From: Prorocentrum cordatum
Taxonomy: Eukaryota
DNA: 64,000 bases
Direction of reading: 5' to 3'
Assembly: GCA_963575745.1 (NCBI GenBank)
Contig: CAUYUJ010000177.1
Coordinates: 1-64,000, forward strand
Shown here: positions 11,892 to 24,005 of the stretch, piece by piece
Numbering within the stretch: position 1 is the stretch's first letter
How the letters are laid out: each line of letters begins with the position of its first letter
Translations under genes and position numbers: made by a program
The notes under the pieces: generated by a model
What the model was told of the DNA's origin: nothing
The model's input: only the letters and a program-made list of their open reading frames with translations
Database searches by the model: none

Positions 11892-12291
11892 GGAGGGCTC
11901 CGGGAGGGACTGAGGCAGCCCCAGACGTCCGACGCTGGGTTGTCTCAGCAGCGTGGACCCCAGAGGTCAGGAGCGACAGAAGGACGTACATGTACATGAA
12001 TCCACGCTGGTTTCGAGAGTTCGCATTGCGCGAATGTTCGTATCGCGCGGCAGGTCTCGCGGGTCAAGGGGCCGTGTTCATGTACATAGCTGGGCGCGTA
12101 CGTCCTTTGTGTGCTCCCTAAGAGGTTTGGGGGCCCCTTCCCCAAGGGTGCCCTCGAGGGCGCGAAGCTGTTCGCGCCTCGCGCTTCGCGGTTCGGCTCC
12201 GACGCCTCCTCCTCCGCTTCCCTGGAGGGCGGCGCGGGGGCGCGAAGCTCTTTCGCGCAGCGCGCGGCGCGAGCCGCGAAGCTGGGCTTAT

Positions 12292-12474
12292 GTCGGGCGT
12301 GTCCCCTTACAGGGGTGATTTTCGACGAAAGATAAGATTACCCAAACAATACCCCAAGAAGGTCAAAAAAGACTAACAAAAATAGTCCCCAGACTATTTT
12401 AGACTATTTTTTGATTATTTTTGGGGTATGTTTTATTCTTCGTCGAAATCCCCCTGCAGGGGGACAGGCCCGAC
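12292..12474. mobile_element. MITE family B copy inside Derlin intron 3
   Basis: Ends are gtcgggcgtgtccccttacagggg and cccctgcagggggacaggcccgac, flanked by ttat and ttaa. A third, half copy starts at ~12544. Confidence 0.75.
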
Positions 12475-12784
12475 TTAAAGCTAGGCGCCCCTGTAGAGGT
12501 CTGGACCCCTTCCCTGGGACCAGTTTCTCATCCCGAGCTTGAAGTCGGGTGTGTCCCCCTACAGGTGAACTGTTCAACACTAGTTGGGAAATAGTCCGGT
12601 GACGCTGTTTTGGCTGCTTTGAGGCATCTTTCGATTATGTTTGAGTATCTTGTGAGTATTGTTCGGGGAGGAGGAGGAGGAGGAGGAGGAGGAGGAGGAG
12701 GAGGAGGAGGAGGAGGAGGAGGAGGAGGGGAGGAGGAGGAGGCCTTCTCTGCCTTGGCCCCCTCTGGAGCCCCCGGCCCATCCG

Positions 12785-12868
12785 TGCGCGCTGATACTCC
12801 TGTCGGTGGCGAGACATCCGCAGAGGATCCTGGACAGGCTGATCGGCTTCTTCGTCGGGCACGTCTAT
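12785..12868 (+). CDS. DER1: Derlin exon 4
   Basis: CALILLSVARHPQRILDRLIGFFVGHVY carries the D.xG..xGHxY motif. Confidence 0.88.
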
Positions 12869-14203
12869 CTGGCCGCCTGCGGCAAGTCCCGCCGCCGCTG
12901 TCATCGCAGCACGACGGAGGGTAGGGGTCGGAGGAGGACGAGCAGCGGGAGGAGGAGATGGAGGAGGAGGAGGAGGAGGAGGAGGAGGAGGAGGAGGAGG
13001 AGGCTCTCGGAGGAACAGCAGCAGGATGAGGATCAGGAAGAGCAGGAGTGAGAAGACTGCGCGCGACCTGGAACCGGGCGTTTGGCCACCGCTCTGAGGA
13101 GGAGGAGGAGGAGGAGGAGGAGGAGGGGATGGAGGAGATGGAGAAGTAGGAGGAGGAGGAGGAGGCGGCGGAGGAGCAGTGTAAACCCAAGACGCATCAG
13201 CGATGTTACGAGCAAACCTCCTTCCAAATTCCCCCTTCACAGGTCCCTACAAGAGCATCTGTTCGTGGTGGGACGCGTCCCGTTGGAAGACTGCAGTTTG
13301 TGAGTCCTCAATCCTGCCAAACCGCAATTTCTGGGATGCGCGTGACTGTTGCGTCCTGGTATTCCTGAGTGGTGCCAGAACGACATTGCTGGATTTCAAC
13401 TCCGCGAATCCAGATAACTGTTGCGTCTTGGCAGTCCTAGGTCGTGCCAGAATTTCAGCCATACGAATCCTTGAGCCTGCTGCACACCTTCACTACGAAT
13501 GTGCGCGGCGCCCAGGCCAGAGCCACCTTTTGAAAACCAGCCGCCGCCCTTGAGGTTGTTGCAGACTTTTACGACGAGGGCGATAAGCACACTATGAAAA
13601 GGAGCCGCCGTCTATTTTCGATACCATGGCGTATTCCAAACGTCAGGGCCCTCAATGGTGAGGAAGTCTCCAGCGACACGCTGGGCCAGTCCTGCGGACA
13701 CATTTCTGGGGGGGCGACAGGGATAAGCTACAGGCCTCGGAACAAATTAGCGAACACTCATGCCACATTCATCCGTCAACGCTTCCCCCTCCCCCCAATA
13801 TTCAAAGTTGGCGGTGGGTCTGATGAGATGCACTTGGGCCGCAGTGCCCCCGCGCGTGCCAACATTGAGTTTGGGGGGGAGGGGGAGTGTTCAGCAATTG
13901 TTTCCCTCTACCGTATTTCAAGGGGAAGGGATGGAGGTGGAGGGGGATAAAGGTTCAATGACAATGGAGGGAGGGGAGGGGGAGGTCCGGGCAGAACAGG
14001 GAGGACGGACGGCGGACAATGTGGGCTGTGACACCTATGAGATGACTGGTGCTGGAGGAGGAGGCGGAGGAGAAAGAGGAGGAGGGGGAGGAAGAGGGGA
14101 GAAGGAGGATCAGCCAGAAGAGGAGGAGGAGGATGAGGAGAAGGAGGAGGAGGAGCAGGACATTCCAACACGCTCCTACGTGTCAGGGGACACCGTGACG
14201 GAT

Positions 14204-14305
14204 TATTTCTTCGAAGACATATACCCCATGATGCCGACTGCCAACGGGTTTCGACTTTTTCTGACGCCGAGAGCGCTCAAGGTAATCTGTGGGCAGCGGG
14301 ATTGA
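14204..14305 (+). CDS. DER1: Derlin exon 5 (terminal, TGA stop)
   Basis: YFFEDIYPMMPTANGFRLFLTPRALKVICGQRD* carries the YFxEDxYP...TP motif. Confidence 0.9.
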   Translation, partial: YFFEDIYPMMPTANGFRLFLTPRALKVICGQRD

Positions 14306-15833
14306 CCTGTTTGCGTGGGCCATGTCTCACGACGCCTCCACGCCACTCTCTCTCCAGCCGTGGGGGAGGGGGGGCGTGAGGGAGGAGGGGTGGAGGAGGA
14401 GGAGGAGGAGGAGGAGGAGGAGGAGGGTAAACCCGAGATGCATCGACGATGCTGCAGTGCACTTGGTCGAAGTCCCCTTCTCATGCGTCCCGATGAGAGG
14501 GAGGCGCCCCCCCTTGAAAGACCAGCATCCTCTCGGGCCCGGTATTTGGGCGAGAGCCCCGCCTCGTACAGGAGCTGCTTCGCCTCCTCCTCCTCCTCCT
14601 ACTTCTCCATCTCCTCCATCTCCTCCTCCTTCTCCTCCTCCTCCTCCTCCTCCTCCTCCTCCTCCTCCTCCTCACACAGGCGCTGCTTTGCATCCTCCTC
14701 CTCCTCTTCCTCTTGGGGAGCGCGGCCGCGTAGCGGACTGAGAGACATCTGGGGCCCTGGCGGTCGTCAGCGTGCTGACGGTCGCCAGGGCCTCTTTCAT
14801 GACGTCCCCTCCTCCTCCTCCATCTCCTCCTCCTCATCACCTCCTCCTCCGTCTCCTCCGCCTCCTCCTCCTCCTCCTCCTCCTCCTCCTCCTCCTGGTC
14901 CGTGGATCCAGAGGGCGCGCGGGCAAAACAACGTGTAAAAAGTTGGGGTGGTGCGCCAGATGCGTCCCATATGCAGTCAAGAGCAGTGTTCCAGACGCGC
15001 AATGCAAATTATGCCATGGGATAGCGCAAACATGTGTCACACATGAGAACCTTCCATTGGAATTACTTTTTTTGCCCATTGTTGTCTTGGTCGGTCTCTG
15101 CGGCGGCGGTGAGCCCAATTGTTCGGATTGCCGTCGACCGCAGAAACCAGTTGTCTTACTAAATCATGGCCTGACCGCGCGGCCATCTTATCGTACAGGT
15201 CGGTATGTACTTCGTCTACAATGCCAGATCGAGGTTTGGAGTCTGCCCGTCCCAAGGCAGTCTCGTGAGATATATGCGAGTAATGTGCATGAGGGATGCC
15301 CATGATTACAGTCGGGTCGCTGAGGAAGGAACCCTTTTCGTTGGGGAGAGGCTCAGTGTTATTCCTCAATTGTTGTGCAGTGTTCCTTAGGTTTTCGATG
15401 GGACATCGAAATTTAAGTCATGGAAGAAATGGGCCTCGTTCCTTCTTTGGGGCTACTTCGGTCAATGCCCCCATTCTATTTCGCAAACGTGTGCCGTGGA
15501 ACTCGCCCGACTTAAGTTTGTCCGCTCTGGGCAGCAACAGAGGGTCTAGCGAATACAAACTTGGCCACCACACAACTTGAATATACATGCGCACACATAC
15601 ACATACATATAGACGTACACATACAACGGCGCACCGGGTCCGGGCGCCCGGGGCCGGCGCCGCTACCGCAAATGTGGGCCCCGGGGCCCTCGGGGAGCCC
15701 CGGGGCCTCACAGAAGGCCGCCAGAAGGCGCCAAGGAGGCCCCAAGAGGCTCCAGAACAGACCCGGGACGCCCGAAGGTTGCTCCCAGACGCCCAACTTG
15801 AACATACATGCGCACACATACACATACATATCA

Positions 15834-15864
<31 letters not shown>

Positions 15865-17379
15865 CAAGACTGCAGTGGCGCTTCGCGCCATGCACCTTGG
15901 TCCTTGAAATTTGGTATGCAGGCGGACTAACGGGAAGGTCAAGCCGACAATTTAGCGATAACTCCTTTTCCGGCATCGCCGCTATAATAATGTTATTCGT
16001 TATCCTTCCTCCATGCATCTTATTCCTACTTTTCGCCATGCCCTGCGCATTCTCCCCATCCTCCTCAGCTCTTTTTGCGGAGGCTCCTCCTTGGAGAGCC
16101 TCTGGGGGCCTCATGGGCGTGTTCTGGAAGCTTTCTTAAGGCCTTCTGGAGGCCTCCTGGGCGTGTTCTGGTGGGTTCTGGGGGCTTGTCGGGCCACCCT
16201 GCCTCCAACCGCGTTCTCCCTGAACGACCGGGTCACGATTTGGAATGCTTCGGAGGGTGTCTTAGGGCCATCTTGGGCCGCCATGGGGCTCCCTGGAGGC
16301 CGTCTTGGACCCCTGTTGTGCCGTTTTGGGGCTCTCCTGGACTGCCTGGAAGCCCTTTCGGATGGTTGTGGGGTCGTGGGGTGGAGGGAGGCGGGGGGAT
16401 GGTGGGTGTGGGTGTTGGGGGGGGGTTTTGTAGTGTGTGTTTGTGTTTTGTTTTTTCTTTTTTTTTTTTTTTTTCAGTACTTTTTTTTTTTTTTTTTTTA
16501 TGTTTTTTTTTATTTTTTCTTTTTTTTTTTTCTTTTCGGATGGTTGTGGTGCGATTTTGGAGCCTCCCAGGCGGCTTAGGACGCCCAGAAGACCGCCGTC
16601 TTGGAGCGTCGGGAAGCCGAAAAGAGGAGAACCCCAAAATAAGCCACAAACCAACAAAATCAACGATTTTCGCCTCGTGGGGCCTTCTTGGGAGTGCTCT
16701 TGGAGGCCTCTTGGGACGTTTCGGGACGATCTTTGGGGGTATGACGGCTTCTTGGGGGTCGTCGTCGACCGTATTGGGGCTCTCTGGGGTCGTTTCGGGA
16801 GCGCGCCACGTCCTGCGAGGCCCTGGGGGCCGCTTCGAGGCCCGTCCGGAGGGTCCCTAAGCCCCAGATCGCGGTAGTCCGGTTTTGGGGGGGGGGGCGG
16901 ACGGGTTCTCCCCCCGCCCGAGCGTGCAGAAATATAGAAAGAGGAATCCATTTATATATATATATATACATGTATATATATATATATATATATGACACAT
17001 GCACATTCTATTAGTAAGCAGCCCCCCCCCCCGCCGGCCTGGGCCGCCGGCCCCGCAGCCATCGGCGGACAGCCGGCCGCCGGTGCCGCGCCCCCTGTCG
17101 CTCCCCGGAGGCGCTCTTCTGGAGAGGCCACGAGGGCGCCAAGACGATGCCGACCGGGTTTCAAGAGGCCCCTATGCGGCGAAGATAGGGCGACGAGATC
17201 TATGCATATCCACTGCTCCTGGCCAGGCCAATCCTGGGCCCAGGAGCGGTGTATACGCCCTCCTGGCCTGGCCAGGGAGGCATATACACAGCTCCTGGGC
17301 CCAGGATGGGCCTGGCCAGGAGCAGTGGATATGTATAGATCTCGTCGCCCTACAAGAAGGTCCCGAGCTGCCCAATACG

Positions 17380-18480
17380 GCCTAGGAGGATTCCCAGGGC
17401 TCTCCCAAGAGGGGCCCAGGAGGCCCAGATCGTCTCATTCCTGTGGGACAGACGTGCAGTTTTGGCACGTGCGACTTGTCAGCTCTCGCGGCTGTGAAGT
17501 CGGTCCAAGACTTCCCCAAGACTTCCCCAAGGCAGCCCAAGACGTTCCCAGGAGGCCCCCGGGCCAGCCCAGCAGGCCGCCAAGACGGCCCGAGGGCCGC
17601 CTGAGACGCCGAGTTGGCCCCAAGACGGCGCCCAACACGGCCCAAGAAGGTTCCGAGTCGCCCAAGACTGCCCAAGATGGCCCCAAGAAGGTCCAAGAAG
17701 GCTCCAAACCCCAGGGGGTTCGAGTCAGGATTGCGCAACATCTTGCAGCTCTCAGCCTCTAGGATTCGCCTTGCAGGGCAATGCTGTTCTCAAGAGAGCA
17801 AAGCCCGCCTGCCTGTTCTTCGGGGCCTCCCCGCTCGATCACTCGGGGCCGCCGGCTGCCCGCCGGGATGTCCACCGACAGTTTCCTGTCCAAAAAAAAA
17901 GTCCAAAAAGGCTCAGAGGCGTCCCAAGAGGCCTCCAAGAGCACTCCCAGGAGGGCCCCAAGAAGCCACAGTTGTTGAATGCATACGGGGAAAGGTACAT
18001 TTCATCAAATGCGACTTTTCGGCCTTCACGGCTTTGAAGACGGTCCGAAAGGCTCCCCAGACTTGCCCAAAAGAGCCAAAGACACTCCCAAGAGGCCCTC
18101 ACGACAGCCCAAGAGGGGGCCAAGACGGCCCGAGGGCTGCCCAAGACGGCCGAAGAAGGCCCGAGTCGCCCAAGATTGCCCAAGATGGCCCCAAGAAGGT
18201 CCAAGAAGTCTCCGAGACGTCCTAAGAGTGCTCCAAGAGCACTCCCAAGAGGATCCCAAGAAACTTGATTCGTTACATTCCTGCTGGCGAAGCGTACATT
18301 TTTAGCATCTACGGTTTGGGGGCCTTCACGGCTTCGAAGACGGTCCGAGAGGCCCCCAATATTTCCCCAAGCGAACTGAAAACCCTCCCAAGTGGCCCCA
18401 AAGATAGCCCAAAACGACGCCAAGACGGCCCAAGGGCCGACTGAGACGGCTCCAGCAGGGGTCCAAAAGGGGAACTCCGA
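17380..18480. repeat. CCAAGA/GGCCC-rich dispersed repeat family
   Basis: Degenerate ggcccaaga/cccaagacg subunits. The same family occurs at ~10390-10790 (-), 16080-16870 (-), 23160-23990, 26500-27100, 38860-39880, 41550-42240 (-) and in the duplicate. Confidence 0.85.
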
Positions 18481-19314
18481 CTCGACAGTTGCAGCCTTCT
18501 GCCCAAAGAACCTCCCAGGAGGACACAGATGAGAAAACAGACGGCAGGAAACGACATATGCGTGATACAGATAATATGGAGGAAGTGGAGAAGAAGGACG
18601 AGGGGGGACGGAGAAGGAAACACACCACTCCTTGCCCGTGCCTCCCACCTGGACTATCCTCCTCCACAATGTTGAACTCTATTCCCCTTCTCCTCCAAAC
18701 TCCATCGGTCCTCCTCTTCGTCTTCTTCCTTCCTGCTGTCACAACGTTTGTGCTTATGCCACCGATAACTTCTGACGGTTCATCTTCGGCCGTCGTCTTC
18801 CTCTTCAATCCCCACTGACCCTCCGTCATCCTTCTCATCAATCTTCAAAGTATATCTTGAGCGTTCCTCCTCTAGACCTCTCTCTAAACCTCCTCCTGGC
18901 CGTTCAACAAAAATCCGATTTCAGGTCGCCCCTGGGACGTCGTCGCCGTCGTCACCTTTCGCCGGCCTTTCGCCGATTTTTTCTCGCAAAATTCCGATCC
19001 CCGGGGACGTCGTCCGGAATTGGAGGAAGTGGATGAGAGAGGTGTAGGAAAAGAAGAGGGAAGGGGAGGAGGAGGGGCAAAAAGAGGAGGAGGAGGAGGA
19101 AGTTCAATATAGCTCTGGAGGCTACAGCACACCGGCTCCAAACACTGACCATTGGTTTGACATCTAAAGCCGATGCCGCCCACGAGGCTTCTAGGACGCA
19201 TATTCAGATATGTATACATATACTTATGCACATACATAAAACCTATATACATATACGACCACCCTTCGGGTGATAAGGAGGTTGTGTGGGGGGGGAGAGG
19301 GGGGAACCGACATC

Positions 19315-20020
19315 TGACTCAATCGATCTCACTATCGATCTCACTCAACGGAATACCACGGGACACCACGGGACACCACGGGACACTTGTCGATCTCGCT
19401 ATCGATTTCACTATCGATCTCACTCAACGGGACATCACGGGACACCACGGGCCACCACGGGACACCACGGGACACCGCGGAACACTTCTCGATCTCACTA
19501 TCGGTCTCACGATCGATCTCACTATCAATCTCACTCAGCGGGACACCATAGGACACCACCGGACACCACGGGACACTTCGGGAAATCACAGCGATCTCAC
19601 TATCGATCTCACTATCGATCTCACTCAGCGGAACACCACGGGACACCAAGGGACATCACGGAACGCCTGTCGATCTCAGTATCGATCTCACTTTTTGGGA
19701 CACCACGGGACACCACGGGACACCACGGGACACCGCGGGCACCACATCGATCTCAGTATCGATCTCAGTATCGATCTCACTTTTTGGGACACCACGGGAC
19801 ACGACGGGACACAACGGGACACCTGTCGATCTCACTATCGATCTCACTATCGATCTCACTTTTTGGGACACCACGGGACACCACGGGACAGCACCACATC
19901 GATCTCACTATCGATTTCACTATCGATCTCACTATCGATCTCACTATCGATCTCACTCAACGGGAAACCACGGGACACCATGGGACACCACGGGACACCA
20001 CGGGACACCAGCGGGACACT
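19315..20020 (+). repeat. Composite minisatellite of 10-bp GGGACACCAC and 12-bp ATCGATCTCACT blocks
   Basis: Alternating runs of the two units. Duplicated at 61783-62490. Confidence 0.93.
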
Positions 20021-20309
20021 GCGCGGCACCGGCCGCCGGAGGACCAACATTTGGTCCGGCCGCGGCCCAGCCACAGGAGGATGTCGGGACACCAGCAGGA
20101 CACCGGCGGGGCACCTCGCGGCACCGGCCGCCGGAGGAGCAACTTTTGGTCTGGCCGCGGCCCAGCCACAGGAGGATTTCCTCTCGCCCGCCCACGCAGC
20201 TTCGCCTCGCACGCACGCACGGCACGCACGACACGAACCCGAAACCGAAATCGATTTCCCGGTAAGGGGGGTCTCCGTTTCACGTCGGACTCCCCCCCCC
20301 ACTTCCGAC

Positions 20310-20935
20310 CACATTTGCATACATATAACGATAACTATACATATACACATACACCTATTCATATACATTTACGGTTACATTTAAATATACATATCACTAT
20401 ACTTATACATTACATTATACATCTATATATCTATGTATATGTATATACATATAGATATGCATGCGCATACGCATAAACATATACCTGTACGCATACATAT
20501 TTACACACACATATTTATGCATACACAAAGACATGCGAGTGTACATGTTTCGGCACACGTACATATACCTATGCAGCTACATGTACATCTAAACATACAT
20601 TTACATAGACACACACATACATACACATGTACATTTATATTATACATTATACGTCATACATATACATGAACACGTACATCTACACATACTTTTACATGTA
20701 CAACTAAGCATACGTATACATATAGATACATATTCACGCATATACATATGCATGCACACATACACATGCACATACACGTACACATGCATATACACATGTG
20801 CGTATACTTATATTGACGCGTTTGCATGCACATATACAATTATACATTTACCTGCATATGAGTACATACACACGTATTCACATAGATATACATATATTTA
20901 CATATACATCTGCCTATACATACATACATATATAC
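20310..20935. repeat. Degenerate (TA/CA)n alternating purine-pyrimidine tract
   Basis: Direct reading of the sequence. Duplicated at ~62785-63405. Confidence 0.9.
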
Positions 20936-21032
20936 TGCGACGACGACTTTTTGGTCCATTCTTAGGTCGCTGTGGGATGGCCTCGAGAGGTTTTGGAAGT
21001 CACTTGGGCCGTTGGCGTAAGCACTGGTCACA

Positions 21033-22478
21033 AATTAGCCTGGCGAAGGACCCAACCATATGCAGTTGAGAGTACCGCAATTGTGAATCTCTTCTTCGGT
21101 GGCGCTCCCTATGGGGCCACGAGCCGTATGAGGGGTGTGCCGAAATGCGTGGCAGTGTACACAACACGAACGAAGAACGAAGACGATAGGTTCGAATATG
21201 AAAGCTTGAGCGCGTGCGAGTCGGATCGCGAGCGAGTCTGATTATGAATGAATCTGCGCGCGATTGATTCTATTCGCATGAATGCGTGCATGGATACGCC
21301 CAGTGTAAATGTATGTATACTACTGTGAACAGTTTGGGTCTGCGTGACTCTCGGTACTCGTGACTCTGAGCGTCGCCTCTGCAGGGGGCTTCCCTGGGAA
21401 CCCCGACGGCAGCGCCCGCGCGCCGCAACGCCCATGTCGGCACGCCACACACCTGGTGTGCGGGACGCATGCGGACGGCAGCACTGGGGCCTTCGGTGGA
21501 GCTCCCTGTGGGGGCCACGAAACGTGTGAGGGGTGTGCCGAAATGGGTGTGCGGGACGCATGCGGACGGCAGCCATGGGGCCTTCGGTGGAGCTCCCTGT
21601 GGGGCCACGAAACGTGTGAGGGGTGTGTCCTGGCCGAAAATGATGTCGGGACGCCAATGCGGGACGGCAGTACCACTGGGGCTTCGGTGGGAGCTCCCTG
21701 TGGGGCCACGAAACGTGTGAGTGGTGTGGCGAATGGGTGTGCGGGACGCATGGCGTACGGCACCATGGGGCCGTCGGTGGACTCCCTATGGGGCCACGAA
21801 ACGTGGGATGTGTTGTGCCGAAATGGTGTCGGGACGCATCGTAAGGCAGCCACTGGGGCCTTCGGTGGAGCTCCCTGTGGGCCACGAAACGTGTGAGGGG
21901 TGTGCCGAAATGGGTTTGTGCGACGCCGCATGCGGGCACACCCACTGGGACCTTCGGCGGAGCTCCCTATGGGGCCACGAAACGTGTGAGGGGTGTGCCG
22001 AAAAGGGTGTGCGGGACGCATGCGGGCACACCCACTGGGACCTTCGGTGGAGCTCCCTATGGGGCCACGAAACGTGTGAAGGGTTTGCCGAAATGGGTGT
22101 GCGGGACGCATGCGGGCACACCCACTGGGACCTTCGGTGGAGCTCCCTATGGGGCAACGAAACGTGTGAGGGGTGTGCCGAATTGGGCGTGCGGGACGCA
22201 TGCCGGCACACCCACTGGGACCTTCGGCGGAGCTCCCTATGGGGCCACGAAACGTGTGAGGGGTGTGCCGAAATGGGTGTGCGGGACGCAATGCGGACGG
22301 TAAGCCATGGGGGCTCCTCCCCCCCCCCCCCTTCGGTGGAAGTCCTCCCTATGGGGCCACGAAACCGTGTGAGGGGTGTGCCAAGTGGTGATGACGATGA
22401 CGAATGACGACGCTGACAATGACGATGAATGATTATGAATGATGATGCTGATATGATGATGAATGATGATGATGATGA

Positions 22479-22519
<41 letters not shown>

Positions 22520-22672
22520 CGATGATGATGATGATGATGATGATGATGCTGATGATGATGATGATGATGATGATGATGGGAAGAGGGAGGAGGGGGAGGA
22601 GGAGGAGAGGAGGTGGGACGCGGGGCGCTGTCTCTTCAAAACGATGACCCAACACCACAGGATGGTTGGGAA
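21033..22672 (+). mobile_element. Composite non-autonomous element with internal 90-bp satellite (left copy)
   Basis: A ~420-bp head (aattagcctggcgaaggacccaacc...), about 10 satellite units, a microsatellite and a ~60-bp tail. It is the reverse complement of 24006-26220. Confidence 0.75.
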
Positions 22673-22706
22673 ATAAAGATCTTCAAAGTTCGACCGTGAA
22701 ACCTAG

Positions 22707-22746
22707 CTAGAACCTCAGCGCGCGCGAAGCGCGCGCGTGGTTCTAG
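22707..22746 (+). mobile_element. Helitron-like 3' terminus (GC hairpin followed by CTAG)
   Basis: ctagaacctcagcgcgcgcgaagcgcgcgcgtggttctag. Related copies at 39934-39971, ~26311-26332 and ~26360-26384. Confidence 0.5.
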
Positions 22747-22862
22747 CGTGTGTGTGTATATACATACCTACATATATACACATATATATATATATATACA
22801 TATACATGTATATATATATATGTATATATATGGCAATATATATAATTATATTATATAGTATA

Positions 22863-22900
<38 letters not shown>

Positions 22901-23029
22901 ATTTATTTATATATTATTATTGCCACCTACATAGCTAGACGTCAGCGCGCGCAGAGCGCTCGCGTGGGTTTCGCGTCCCCGGGATCTCTCTCTCTATATA
23001 TATTCTATATATATATATATACAACAGCA

Positions 23030-23080
<51 letters not shown>

Positions 23081-24005
23081 GGGGGACGAGGACCAAGGGC
23101 CCGGGCCGGGGGCCCGGGACCGCGGCCTCGACAGGGCATGTGGGTAGTTTCCCCGGTTTTTTACGGAGTTTCGGCGACCCGGGGCCAACAGGGCCCCAAG
23201 AGGCTGCAGGGAGGCCCCAGGAGGCCGCAGCGATGGCTCCAGACCCCTTTCAAGACGACTCCCATGACGCCAAGACGGCCCCCGAAGGCCTCGAAGACGC
23301 CCCAAGAGGCACCCCGAGGATGCCGCCAAGAGGGCCCCAAGACGGCCCACGAGGGGGCCAAGACGGCCCACGAGGCGCCCAAACCACTTGAGAACGCCCC
23401 AAGGCGGCGCCCAAGACGGGGACGAGGAACCGGAAATTCGCACGTTTTGGCCCAAGAGACCCCCAGGAGACCCCAAGAGGCTCCAAGAAGGGGCCCAGAA
23501 GCCCCAAGAGGCCCCCATGAGACCCGACAAAACACCAAAAGAGGTTCCGAAGACGCCCCAAGGCACCCCGAGAGTGGCCCAATAAGCAAACATCGTCGAT
23601 TTCCTATGGGAAGACTGATATGTTTGGCGTGTTTGCCTTTTCGGCGTCCACTGCATCCAAGACGGCCCAAGAGGCATCCAAGCCGGTCGAGGATGCCCCC
23701 GAGAGGGCCCCACGACGGCCCACGAGGTGGCCAAGACGGCCCACGAGACGCCTAAACCGCCCAAGAACGCCCCCCAGGAGCCCAAGAGGCCTTTCCGGGG
23801 AGCCTCCACAGCGCCCCAGGAGGGCCCAAGATGCCTCCCAGGAGCACCCAGAATGCGCAAGGATGGTCCAAGATGTTCCCAAGCAGCCCAAGTCGGCCTT
23901 CGGACGGCTCTCGATGCTCCCAGGTGGCCTCCAAGAGACCCCAAGAGAGTTCCGAGAGGCGTCCCAGGACGGCCCGAAGAGGCCCAACTCGTCGATTTCC
24001 ATTTG

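Larger units (their letters stand above)
12666..21135 (+). repeat. Segmental duplication, copy 1 (~8.5 kb)
   Basis: Identical ORF translations recur at offsets 42795, 42789, 42740 and 42471. Confidence 0.95.

Noticed and set aside
16375..16537. G/T-rich insert unique to duplication copy 1
   Set aside because: Homopolymeric low complexity with a duplicated flank (ttcggatggttgtgg). It looks like a long-read basecalling artefact, as does 59715-59840.
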